Positions 1 through 9,077 of a DNA stretch of 64,000 nt are shown here, piece by piece. The stretch lies in contig DATKGN010000013.1 of assembly GCA_035510735.1 (NCBI GenBank), forward strand, positions 64,596 through 128,595. Reading direction: 5' to 3'. Position 1 is the stretch's first letter. Each line of letters begins with the position of its first letter. This stretch comes from Patescibacteria group bacterium. GTDB lineage: Bacteria; Patescibacteriota; Microgenomatia; UBA10105; UBA927. The notes below the pieces were generated by a model. The model searched no databases and was not told where the DNA came from. It was given only the letters and a program-made list of their open reading frames with translations. Position numbers and translations under genes: made by a program.

Positions 1-988
1 TCGGGTAACTATGAAGGGTATTCCCGGACAAATAGAAAACGACACTACCTAGGAATGCCCGCCAGTCCCACACGAGAAACGGGAGCATAAGGGCAAGACT
101 TACAAATCCGGTCACAAACGTGTAAATCACTATAGATTTCAGTGCGTTTTTGGAGGTAAACCAGACGTAACCAATGAGGAGCGGAAAAGCAAACCACGCG
201 GTCTGCTTTGTCATCATCGCGAGGGCAAATGCGATAGCGCTCAGTATCAGATGTTTCTTATCTACCAGAAAAAGTGCAAGAACAAACCAGAACAGCACCT
301 GGACATCGCTTCTTCCCTCTATAAAATAATTAATCGTCGCAGGATTGAATGCGGTAAGCACAACGGCAATCCGTGCAATATTCTTGTCTTTTATCCAAAT
401 AAAAAGAAGAAATAAGAGACCGAGCATTGAAGCTAAAAGCGGCATCCTGCCATCGAAATATCCGAGCGTTCTCATGGAGACAAAATAAAACGGGTAAGCG
501 CTCAGAAGATACCACGGCGGCATAACGAAATGATAAAGAGCAGGATTTACCGCGTCTTTTCCATCTTCAGCGTAATGCCAGCTCTCCATCGGCGTCCCGA
601 AATAAGTCTCTTTATAGGGATTTTTACCCTTTGTGACGTAGCGGATAGCTGCTTCAAGCTGCAAAATGATGTCATGGGTCTGATAATTTTGACCGGGGGC
701 TATTTTCCCTCGATCCGCGATCGACGTCCACATGGCGCCTACCAGCGCTATAGTGATAATCCCCCACATCGCAGTATTTTTTATAATGGTAAAGAAGCGG
801 CCGGTTGTGTCGGCCCAAAAGGAATATAAAATATTAAAAAAATTAAGGACAAAAAAAATCAAAAAAACCGCGTAGGATGTGCTTTCAACAGGAAAAATCC
901 GGTATTGCATGACCACTGGTGTTGAGAGTGCAAAAAGAAGAGTCGCCTCAAATAAGCAAAGGAGCCTTTTGGAATCCATTGATTTCAT
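1..988 (-). CDS. Polytopic membrane protein, GT-C-like (DUF2029/GT87-like, tentative). The C-terminus lies beyond the window edge. It is a paralog of 28791..29948.
   Basis: Manual minus-strand translation from the ATG at 986-988 (MKSMDSKRLLCLFEATLLFALS...) is open all the way to position 1. It is not in the ORF track because no stop falls inside the window. The protein is hydrophobic and multi-TM. Shared motifs with 28791..29948 include KGKNPY/HKNPY, HxPxxYxPLW-like and AFNPATI/ALNPLVI. It overrides the short ORFs 330..515, 530..829 and 879..1112. Confidence 0.5.
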   Translation of the reverse strand, partial: MKSMDSKRLLCLFEATLLFALSTPVVMQYRIFPVESTSYAVFLIFFVLNFFNILYSFWADTTGRFFTIIKNTAMWGIITIALVGAMWTSIADRGKIAPGQNYQTHDIILQLEAAIRYVTKGKNPYKETYFGTPMESWHYAEDGKDAVNPALYHFVMPPWYLLSAYPFYFVSMRTLGYFDGRMPLLASMLGLLFLLFIWIKDKNIARIAVVLTAFNPATINYFIEGRSDVQVLFWFVLALFLVDKKHLILSAIAFALAMMTKQTAWFAFPLLIGYVWFTSKNALKSIVIYTFVTGFVSLALMLPFLVWDWRAFLGSVVFYLSGNTLHSYP

Positions 989-1027
989 AACCAATTCTTC
1001 TTATTGTACCACGCTCGAGCCTAATTC

Positions 1028-2506
1028 TCAGTGCTCATATTCATATATCGTTGAAACTCCCACCCTCGTCGACCCGACATTCTTCCACTTCCAAATATCC
1101 AGGATCGGATAATCAAATTTACATAAAAAATCGTAACACATAGTGTATATACGCTCATTCATATGGATCTCATCTATCGTAGGACACTGTCCGCTCTCAC
1201 ACACCAAAAATAACAGATTATAATTTTTGGTATCGATTGGTTGAACAGCGATATGACGTAGCATAAAAAAGAACCGGTAATGAAAATCAGAAAATGAGGG
1301 TGAGGATATAATCGTAAATGAAAACGGTTTTCCGCCGGCCAGCCGGATGATGGCGTCCGTATTAATTTTGGCACGGAGAATATCCCGATTACCGGGTTGG
1401 AGTAAGTCGGTGTGCAATACCATCGTAAAAGCCAATATGATAATAATTCCGTAAACAAACATGTTTGGAATACGCCGGGCAAGCACATACAACGCTTCTC
1501 CCAAGAGAAGAAAGACAAATGGAATCAAACTATACGCATATTGCCGTTGAAGCTTATCCTGATAAAACGCTAGTATCGCGATGCTGAATAAAACAAAAAG
1601 AGAAATATAGCGGGCACTTTTCCGTTTGCTCAGAAAAGCGATGAACAGAATAATAACGACAAATATTAATGAGATATATCGCTGTAAAATCGGTAATAGA
1701 TAATTACCAAGCCACGAACATAACGTTATAACATTATTTATATATACGTGTTTAGAAAAGGCTAAACCCTTTGCTTTAGAAAAAGTAACAAGCGAACCCG
1801 TGATATCAATAAATCCTTTATGCCACTCATAAATCAAGAACGGAAAAAGAGATAATATTCCCAGAAGTACAGCGACGATAAGCCACACTAAATACGTTTT
1901 AACTAATTTATTCCTGAACGCTTCAATGAAAGTAATAACAAGATAAACAAAGGAGGCAATAATCAGGATACCGTTTGCGTAGTGCAGCTGGATAAGTATG
2001 ACGTCAGATAGCATGAGAAGAACAATTGCCCAATATTTATTTCTAGACATCAAGTAGATAGAATTCAAAACCAATAAGGTAAAAAAGGGAACGGTTGTTG
2101 GAGGCCACAAGATTCGATCCTGATGTATAAGCATTGGAGACAAAGCGTAAAGCATGCTTACACCATAACCAAGACTAAAACCAAATAGTGAAGACGCAAG
2201 CATCAGCATGAGGATAACGGAAAATATTTCTATGATACTCATCTCGATAGCCGGAACCACAGGGTTAAAGTGAGACAAAATAAACGATGGGGCAATGAAA
2301 TAATAATAGAAGGGCCCCGTATATTGACCTGTACTAAGAGGAGGCCCGTACACAGGAAACTGTCTCTGTGTAACGAAGTTCATAATGGCGACGCCGTCCC
2401 TACCCTGATCTCCCAAAAACTGCGTTAAATCACTAATTCTGTACAACCGAGCGAATGAAGCCGTAAGAACAAGAACGAGGATTAATAAAATTCTTTTTAT
2501 GTTCAT
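1028..2506 (-). CDS. Polytopic membrane protein with an N-terminal 'RLYRISDLTQFLGDQGRDG' loop. Likely a GT-C fold glycosyltransferase (ArnT/PMT-like DE-type motif). Paralog of 30704..32311.
   Basis: 492-aa ORF with more than 10 predicted TM segments. The FLGD(Q/E)GRD motif sits after the first TM, as in its paralog. Its stop abuts the start of 2507..4183. Confidence 0.55.
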   Translation of the reverse strand: MNIKRILLILVLVLTASFARLYRISDLTQFLGDQGRDGVAIMNFVTQRQFPVYGPPLSTGQYTGPFYYYFIAPSFILSHFNPVVPAIEMSIIEIFSVILMLMLASSLFGFSLGYGVSMLYALSPMLIHQDRILWPPTTVPFFTLLVLNSIYLMSRNKYWAIVLLMLSDVILIQLHYANGILIIASFVYLVITFIEAFRNKLVKTYLVWLIVAVLLGILSLFPFLIYEWHKGFIDITGSLVTFSKAKGLAFSKHVYINNVITLCSWLGNYLLPILQRYISLIFVVIILFIAFLSKRKSARYISLFVLFSIAILAFYQDKLQRQYAYSLIPFVFLLLGEALYVLARRIPNMFVYGIIIILAFTMVLHTDLLQPGNRDILRAKINTDAIIRLAGGKPFSFTIISSPSFSDFHYRFFFMLRHIAVQPIDTKNYNLLFLVCESGQCPTIDEIHMNERIYTMCYDFLCKFDYPILDIWKWKNVGSTRVGVSTIYEYEH

Positions 2507-4183
2507 TTATAAAGATGAATCTGTTTTTAATACTGATGAGGGTGTCGCCTGATAATTCACAATCTGAAATGCTTCTGAACCACCTCTCCATGATACGGTC
2601 TCCAAAAGTCTATCGTTTACTCCAAGTACACATCCCCCGCGGCGAATAAGCAATATATGCAGTTTGTCCGATATCATATTGTAATCTTTGCTCTGGTTAA
2701 AAGACGGACAATCATAAGGAACAAAAACATATTTATCGAAACCCTGATAATCCAAATCGCGGTGTGATCCAGATGCCTGATATTTCAAAGGATCATATGC
2801 GCTGAAAAATAGAAAATATATATATGGGCTTTCATTTCCTTTGGTAACAATTATTTTGCTATAAGAATTATAATATTTTGGTATTTCCGTTACGAGTTGT
2901 TTATAAGCAAAACCTCGATAAAAAGGGAAATGCACAGGCTGATGTACAAAGAATTCTTCGGTGAAAAATGAAAAATTGATAACGTAAAAAACACCGATTC
3001 CAATCAGTATAAATTTTACACCCAAAACCTTTCTCATCCCTTGACTGAATTCGGTTATTCCTGTTGCGATTAGCGCAGACAAGGGTAACGCGTTAATTAT
3101 GTAACGGTGAATATTCGGAGTCTCGTCAGATGCGAAGGAAAGCAAGGCCGGTGTTATCAGAAGCCAGGAAATAATAAAATATCCCCATCGATATCTTTTG
3201 TGAAATACAGTATAAATACCGTATAACAAAAACGGAAGATCGATTAAATAAAGAATACCAACACTCGGGATAACTTCTCTCCTGGGCTGACCGGCTTCAT
3301 AAAAAAGATAATCAAAACTGAAGTACTGCATGTAATTATGCATAAGATATCGACCATATTCGGATATTTTATTATGAAATAGTCTCGCGGTTTTAGCACC
3401 AATTTGCTGTACCCCGTCCTCTCTGAATTTTTCCTGCAGCGGCAGCATGACTCTGTCGGTCGTAAAAATGTTAACTTGTCCGAGCCGGGCTCCCGAAGAA
3501 TTTAAGGTTAAATATCCCACAGAAATAATCATGAAAATATACAAAACAACCAAATATATTAACCATCTGCCCTTCCAAGTATTCCGTTTAAAATACCAAA
3601 GCAGCGGAATAATAATAGGTACAAATAACCGCGGAATATAATATGTCACCATACTGACACTTAAACTAATCATTGCAGTAAAAAACCATATGAGTTTCCC
3701 GTTATTTTTCCACTTCAGAATAGCGATTAATCCCAAGATAACAAAATCAGAAGCCAATAATGCCGGTTCGCTCTCACGTGATACAAGAATTGTCATTGGC
3801 ATAAGTGCGGACAATCCTGCTGCCAACAGTGATAGGTTATCGCGCTTCGTCAGGTCCTGTATGAATAAAAACGTCAGTAGCACCAAAAGAACACCGCTGA
3901 GAGCCGATGGTAGTCTCGTTGCGAATTCGGTAAGACCGAACATGTAAATAAATGGTATCGAAAGGTATGAATAAAGCGTGCCTTTATAATCCCCGAAGGA
4001 TTTCATTATTATTGGCAATAATTCTCCGTATTCATCTTTTCCGGTTTTCAGAATGGAATATGCGTTATATCCGAATGCCGCCTCATCCGCATGAAAACCC
4101 TCCGGAATCTGACCCAATCGGTAAAAGCGAAGTGCTGTAGACAAAAGAAGAATACACAATAGTATTCCGGTAGTTTTATTCAT
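2507..4183 (-). CDS. GT39 / PMT_2-family (ArnT/PMT-like) phospholipid-carrier-dependent glycosyltransferase.
   Basis: The N-terminus reads 'LRFYRLGQIPEGFHADEAAFGYNAYSIL...FGDYKG', the classic DE-motif loop of GT39/PMT_2 proteins. It is a 558-aa polytopic membrane protein. Confidence 0.7.
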   Translation of the reverse strand: MNKTTGILLCILLLSTALRFYRLGQIPEGFHADEAAFGYNAYSILKTGKDEYGELLPIIMKSFGDYKGTLYSYLSIPFIYMFGLTEFATRLPSALSGVLLVLLTFLFIQDLTKRDNLSLLAAGLSALMPMTILVSRESEPALLASDFVILGLIAILKWKNNGKLIWFFTAMISLSVSMVTYYIPRLFVPIIIPLLWYFKRNTWKGRWLIYLVVLYIFMIISVGYLTLNSSGARLGQVNIFTTDRVMLPLQEKFREDGVQQIGAKTARLFHNKISEYGRYLMHNYMQYFSFDYLFYEAGQPRREVIPSVGILYLIDLPFLLYGIYTVFHKRYRWGYFIISWLLITPALLSFASDETPNIHRYIINALPLSALIATGITEFSQGMRKVLGVKFILIGIGVFYVINFSFFTEEFFVHQPVHFPFYRGFAYKQLVTEIPKYYNSYSKIIVTKGNESPYIYFLFFSAYDPLKYQASGSHRDLDYQGFDKYVFVPYDCPSFNQSKDYNMISDKLHILLIRRGGCVLGVNDRLLETVSWRGGSEAFQIVNYQATPSSVLKTDSSL

Positions 4184-4286
4184 AAAATAAATTCAATCAA
4201 TATTGCGTACCGGTATTATAACGACTGTTTACCATTATATCCAACGCTTTCAAATTGGTGTGGTCTGTGAAATAATGCGGTAAAAT

Positions 4287-6695
4287 ATGGATTGTGTCCG
4301 AAAATTTATGAGGTCGTATTGGCCGCTCGTCAGCATTATCATCATCATTCTCCTGTTTTTTTACAAAACTGTTATTTTTGGAAAAATTCCGTTTCCGGGC
4401 GATTTACTTCTCTCTGAATATGCGCCGTGGCGGCATGCGTCATACTTCGGCTACGCGCCGGGCGCAATTCCGAGTAAAGCACAGTACTTTGATGTCGTAC
4501 GGGAACTTTATCCGTGGAAAACCCTGGTCATTGACCAGTTGAAAAAATTTCAAATACCGCTCTGGAATCCGTATAATTTTTCGGGAACCCCGCTTCTTGC
4601 CAACTATCAGTCGCAAGTGTTCTACCCACTTGGGATACTCTATTTTATTCTTCCCCAAAAGACAGCGTGGACCGTGCTTCTTATTCTCCAACCCATTCTC
4701 GGATCGGTATTTCTATACTTATTCGCTACGGAAATCGGTCTTTCCGCCACAGCTGGCTTATTAGCTGCACTCCTTTTTAATTTTTCAAGTTTCGCAAATG
4801 TCTGGATGGAATTTAACACCGTTTGGCATACAATTCTCTGGCTTCCCTTACTTCTGTATCTCCTCGAACGAAGCATCCGTGAGAAAAAAATTCCACTTAG
4901 CCGAAAATTAATTTTTATCTTCGTGCTGTTTTCCTCAATTACAGGAGGCCATCCGCAGGATTTTATCGATACTTTTATTTTCCTTTCCGTTTATGAAATT
5001 ATCCGACTAATATCAATCAAAATTTGGACTCCTCAATTCAAACGGACATTTATAATACAACTGTTTTCCATGACAATAATCCCTTTTTTGCTTGCAGGTC
5101 CGCAACTACTTCCGACTATAGAGCTTTTCCGACTCTCTTCACGTGTACCACATGATTTAGCCTTTATTCTCACGACTATGCTCGTCCAATGGTGGCAACT
5201 TCCCATGCTCATCGTCCAAGACTTTTTTGGCAATCCGGCAACGCATTCATACTTTCTCCTTGATACGTATGTCAATAAATCGCTCTCCATCGGGGTCACT
5301 GGTTTTATTCTCGTTGCGGCCTCGTTATTCCAAAAGAAACGCGGCTGGCACCAGAAATTTTTTATCGGCGTGGTCCTCACCGTACTTCTTCTCACCGTTA
5401 ATACTCCGTTTGCGCTGGTATTTTACCGGTTTCCGATTCCAATACTCTCAACTGGAAGTCCAACACGTATACTTTGGATGCTTGCTTTGGCTTTTTCCAT
5501 ACTCGCCGGTTTCGGGTTTGATCGAATCAAAGAGCTATCGTTTAAACAATTCATTCCTCCTTTAATCGTAAGCTTCATGAGTATAGGAATACTGTGGGTT
5601 ATTACGCTCATTCATCCCTCATTCGGAAACGTGATCATGAATACCACAACAACCAAACATGCGCTTATTATCGCGACAGGTATTATTATTTGTCTTTCAT
5701 TTTTACTTTTTATAAAACACCTTCATAAATTTCTTGTATACGGGATAATCCTAATAACCATATTTGAACTCGCGTATTCGTTTATGAAATTCAACCCCTT
5801 TGTCCCCCAAGAATTCATGTATCCTTCACATGCGGTTTTAACCTACTTACAGACTTATGCAGGTATTAACCGATATTGGGGATACGGGACAACACGGATG
5901 GAATCTAATCTAAACGCGCAGTACCAACTGTATACGACAGACGGCACGGATCCGCTCAATCTCGCCTTATACAACAAACTTATCCAGGCAAGTTCCAATG
6001 GAAAAATCGCTGAAGTTTTTGACCGCACAACCAGATCGGATGTCGCTATCGTGAAAGGATACGGCCCCACCGATTTGCCGGACAATCAGTATCGACTCCG
6101 CCTCATGGATCTGTTGGGAGTAAAATATGTCCTTGACCGTTTTGACAACCCTAAAAATAATACAACGTTTTCCGCTGATCATTTTTCACCTGTCTACTCC
6201 ACCCAGGACGGGTATACGATCTATAGAAATGTTAAGGCATTACCACGAGCATTTCTCGCCGACTCGGTCATTACGTATGCTTCGGACAGCCAGTTTGAAA
6301 AACTATTTTTCGATACAGCATTTAACCCGCAAACTACGGTACTCGTACCAGCAACGTCAACAATTCCTAAAACGGAACAAACAGAAAAGAAAGTCGCAGC
6401 CATCACTTCATACACACCGAATTCAGTTGAAATTAGAGCATCAACGGATAAACCGCAAATTCTGTTTCTTTCAGATACATTCGCGCCGGGCTGGAATGCA
6501 ACGATTGATAATAAGCCAACACCGATATTGTTAGCTGACTATGCGTTTCGTGCCGTCGCGCTGCCTCCAGGAGATCATATCGTACGATTTGTCTACTGGC
6601 CGAGGAGTTTTGAGCTCGGTCTAGTTGCAATGGTTATTGGAATCCTTATGACAATTTCTGTTGTTGTGCTTGATACTCTTAAACGAAACGGCTAA
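4287..6695 (+). CDS. YfhO-family membrane protein (GT-C-type glycosyl transferase for teichoic-acid or protein glycosylation), paralog 1.
   Basis: It carries 'LWNPYNFSGTPLLANYQSQVFYP' and the C-terminal 'FAPGWNATIDNKPTPILLADYAFRAVALPPGDHIVRFVYWP' block, both typical of YfhO (PF09586). It is 802 aa with many TM segments. Confidence 0.7.
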   Translation: MDCVRKFMRSYWPLVSIIIIILLFFYKTVIFGKIPFPGDLLLSEYAPWRHASYFGYAPGAIPSKAQYFDVVRELYPWKTLVIDQLKKFQIPLWNPYNFSGTPLLANYQSQVFYPLGILYFILPQKTAWTVLLILQPILGSVFLYLFATEIGLSATAGLLAALLFNFSSFANVWMEFNTVWHTILWLPLLLYLLERSIREKKIPLSRKLIFIFVLFSSITGGHPQDFIDTFIFLSVYEIIRLISIKIWTPQFKRTFIIQLFSMTIIPFLLAGPQLLPTIELFRLSSRVPHDLAFILTTMLVQWWQLPMLIVQDFFGNPATHSYFLLDTYVNKSLSIGVTGFILVAASLFQKKRGWHQKFFIGVVLTVLLLTVNTPFALVFYRFPIPILSTGSPTRILWMLALAFSILAGFGFDRIKELSFKQFIPPLIVSFMSIGILWVITLIHPSFGNVIMNTTTTKHALIIATGIIICLSFLLFIKHLHKFLVYGIILITIFELAYSFMKFNPFVPQEFMYPSHAVLTYLQTYAGINRYWGYGTTRMESNLNAQYQLYTTDGTDPLNLALYNKLIQASSNGKIAEVFDRTTRSDVAIVKGYGPTDLPDNQYRLRLMDLLGVKYVLDRFDNPKNNTTFSADHFSPVYSTQDGYTIYRNVKALPRAFLADSVITYASDSQFEKLFFDTAFNPQTTVLVPATSTIPKTEQTEKKVAAITSYTPNSVEIRASTDKPQILFLSDTFAPGWNATIDNKPTPILLADYAFRAVALPPGDHIVRFVYWPRSFELGLVAMVIGILMTISVVVLDTLKRNG

Positions 6696-9016
6696 ATCGG
6701 CTTCCGTTTACTCACGTTCACAGAAATTCCCAAGAGCATTACGAAACTTACTATTGAAAGTGCCATAGATTCATTCCAACCCGTAGGGGTATAGCTGAAA
6801 AAAACCGTAGATTTCCCCTGTGGAACGACTACGGCCCTAAAATTATAGTTTGCCCTGTACAACACGGTCCCGCGGCCGTTAACCGTAGCATTCCATCCGG
6901 GGTAGTATGCGTCTGAAACGTAAAATATGGCAGGCACGGTTGTATTCACCGAAAACTCCTGTGAATTAAGCGTCGTACGAATGAGTGACGCCGAACCGGT
7001 TCCCTCGTGAATAACAACTGGTAGTTTCGATTCGAGAAGCACCGTGGAAGTCGTATCGACTGCGTCGGTTCCCAGTATATGAAGAATTGAATTACCGGAC
7101 AAATTGTCTTTTACATTATAAAATAGGCCGAATCGCTGGTGTGACTCTTCATTCCTATATACATCCAACCGGTCATTTGAAAATACGCGCGTCAAATCCG
7201 CCATATATTTCGGGGTTAAAAAATATACAGTAGATGGAAATGTACCAGCTGGCGCAACAATATATTTAACACCCAAAAAGTCAAGAGTCCTTTTGAGATT
7301 AGGTTCATACGATAAATAATATTTATTAACCGGCAAAGATCCTGTAGGGTGACCCATCAGCGTATTGAGTAATACGGCGGTCCTTTCAGGATATAAAGGG
7401 TTATATGTTTCAACACTATAAATTCCGAAATACGTCGGTAATTCAGGCTCAATGAATCCGAAAACCCGATCAAGCGTTTTATCAGTATGAGATTTGATGA
7501 ATGAAGTTACGTCAGAATTCGGGTACAAAAACTTGGTATTGGAAAAAGTGAGAAACCGGTATCCGACACGGAACAAATCAAAATAGGTTAAAAAAACCAC
7601 TGCGATAACAAATACCGTACCTGCTAAATAACTGAATTTCTTTCTTGTGATGAAATATAAAATGGTTATTACCAGAAATAAACAAAGAATAATTATGGGA
7701 AACTTAAGATTTGCTACAACAGGAAACGGTACGTGAAGCAGTTTTGCAAAAATTAAGGATGCCACGAATGTCAAGACGACGAACCCACCATAAATCAAAA
7801 TCGATACAATACTGCGTTTGTCTTTAGACTGGTGTACAAATTCGGATATACCGAACCCGGCAAGCATTGCACCGCATGCTTCCGTTATAAAAAATAACCG
7901 TGCGCCTGACCCGCTTGTGATAACCGGTATTCTTAACCAATAAAGTAATTGGGCCACTCCGTCTAGTGAGAACAATATCCCCAGGCAAAATAAGACAGTA
8001 AACAACCGTACAATTGTATTTTTCCTTTGTACGATCATTGCGTAGATTGCAAAGAATAGCGGGATAATTCCGAAATATCCGCTTTGCTCGATATAGCTTA
8101 TATGCAGATCATGAGTGAGCGGATTTCCGAAAAAATCTGGGGCCAATAACCGAAGAAGCTGATAGGGCTTGAGGAGATCTCCTGAAAATACGGTATATGC
8201 GCTTTCGATGCCCCGATATGAAGAGCGGAACATTTCGAAACTCGGAATAATCTGGACAGCACTTACTCCCAATCCCAAGATCATGGAAATTCCCAAAAAC
8301 ATATATTGCTTTAACGCCGCATGGACAACCTTCCCGTAAATAAACAAAAAGCTAAGCACGATAATCATTTCGTATGCCAAATACTGTAAATGTCCGGCGA
8401 ATACCACGCAGGCGAGACTCAGTCCCAATCCCAATAGCCATGCGCCCCGCGGTATATCAAGATATTTTTTTACGAGAAACAAAAATAGCGGCAGCCATAA
8501 CAATGCATTTCCGTCTGATCCGAATTCCAAGACGCCGACCATGAGCGTGCTGAATGCAAAAGCAATCCCCGACAATAATGATGCGCTTCGGCGAAGTCCG
8601 AGGCTTCGCATGAAGAGATACATAAAAAACATGCTTCCGAATAGTTGAAAAAGAAGTAGTGCATGCCATGAAGCGATCTCTCCTAAAGGGAATAACAGGT
8701 TTATCGGGTACCATACCATCGGCTTCATGCCCGCCATAAACGGCATACCCGTAAATTGATACGGGTTCCAAAACGGAATTTGTCCGTGAGTCAAGGAATT
8801 GAAGGCGAGATGTCGCCACGGAAATAACTGCAAAATACTGTCCTGCATATATGCATTCTTAAGAAGAATGGTGCTCGCGAAGTGCCAGGGAGAATAATTA
8901 CTCACCAGAAGGTCAAGTGGCAACAACACTAACCCCTGGAAAATGGGGTAGACGTAGATAATGGTCAGAATAAATATCAATACAATAAATCCGTATCGCG
9001 CCACTGCTTTACCCAT
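6692..9016 (-). CDS. YfhO-family membrane protein, paralog 2.
   Basis: It carries 'FWNPYQFTGMPFMAGMKPMVWYP' and the C-terminal 'YYPGWNATVNGRGTVLYRANYNFRAVVVPQGKSTVFFSY' block. It is convergent with YfhO-1, and the two stop codons overlap at 6692..6695. Confidence 0.7.
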   Translation of the reverse strand: MGKAVARYGFIVLIFILTIIYVYPIFQGLVLLPLDLLVSNYSPWHFASTILLKNAYMQDSILQLFPWRHLAFNSLTHGQIPFWNPYQFTGMPFMAGMKPMVWYPINLLFPLGEIASWHALLLFQLFGSMFFMYLFMRSLGLRRSASLLSGIAFAFSTLMVGVLEFGSDGNALLWLPLFLFLVKKYLDIPRGAWLLGLGLSLACVVFAGHLQYLAYEMIIVLSFLFIYGKVVHAALKQYMFLGISMILGLGVSAVQIIPSFEMFRSSYRGIESAYTVFSGDLLKPYQLLRLLAPDFFGNPLTHDLHISYIEQSGYFGIIPLFFAIYAMIVQRKNTIVRLFTVLFCLGILFSLDGVAQLLYWLRIPVITSGSGARLFFITEACGAMLAGFGISEFVHQSKDKRSIVSILIYGGFVVLTFVASLIFAKLLHVPFPVVANLKFPIIILCLFLVITILYFITRKKFSYLAGTVFVIAVVFLTYFDLFRVGYRFLTFSNTKFLYPNSDVTSFIKSHTDKTLDRVFGFIEPELPTYFGIYSVETYNPLYPERTAVLLNTLMGHPTGSLPVNKYYLSYEPNLKRTLDFLGVKYIVAPAGTFPSTVYFLTPKYMADLTRVFSNDRLDVYRNEESHQRFGLFYNVKDNLSGNSILHILGTDAVDTTSTVLLESKLPVVIHEGTGSASLIRTTLNSQEFSVNTTVPAIFYVSDAYYPGWNATVNGRGTVLYRANYNFRAVVVPQGKSTVFFSYTPTGWNESMALSIVSFVMLLGISVNVSKRKPI

Positions 9017-9077
9017 ATCTCTAACTTCCTTATCTTCTCTTATGGACTTTACTCAAATCCGTCATATAATCTAACAA
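9017..9077. promoter_or_regulatory. Divergent promoter region between YfhO-2 (minus) and GT39-2 (plus). A TATAAT box lies at 9065..9070, 7 nt upstream of the ATG at 9078, so the transcript is possibly leaderless.
   Basis: This is the only 61-bp non-coding gap between divergent genes here. It contains an exact TATAAT hexamer. No Shine-Dalgarno sequence precedes the ATG. Confidence 0.3.

Noticed and set aside
841-870. Homopolymer A8/A7 tracts as evidence of phase variation.
   Set aside because: Comparable 7-8-nt runs occur in several other genes (e.g. 11491..11498, about 20946..20953, about 63165..63172). They are therefore probably a compositional feature rather than a dedicated contingency locus. 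The point is noted only as a caveat inside the edge-gene finding.
330-1112. Track ORFs 330..515(-), 530..829(+) and 879..1112(+).
   Set aside because: All three are overlapped by a long uninterrupted minus-strand reading frame (1..988) encoding a multi-TM protein that is homologous to 28791..29948. The short ORFs have no recognisable features.
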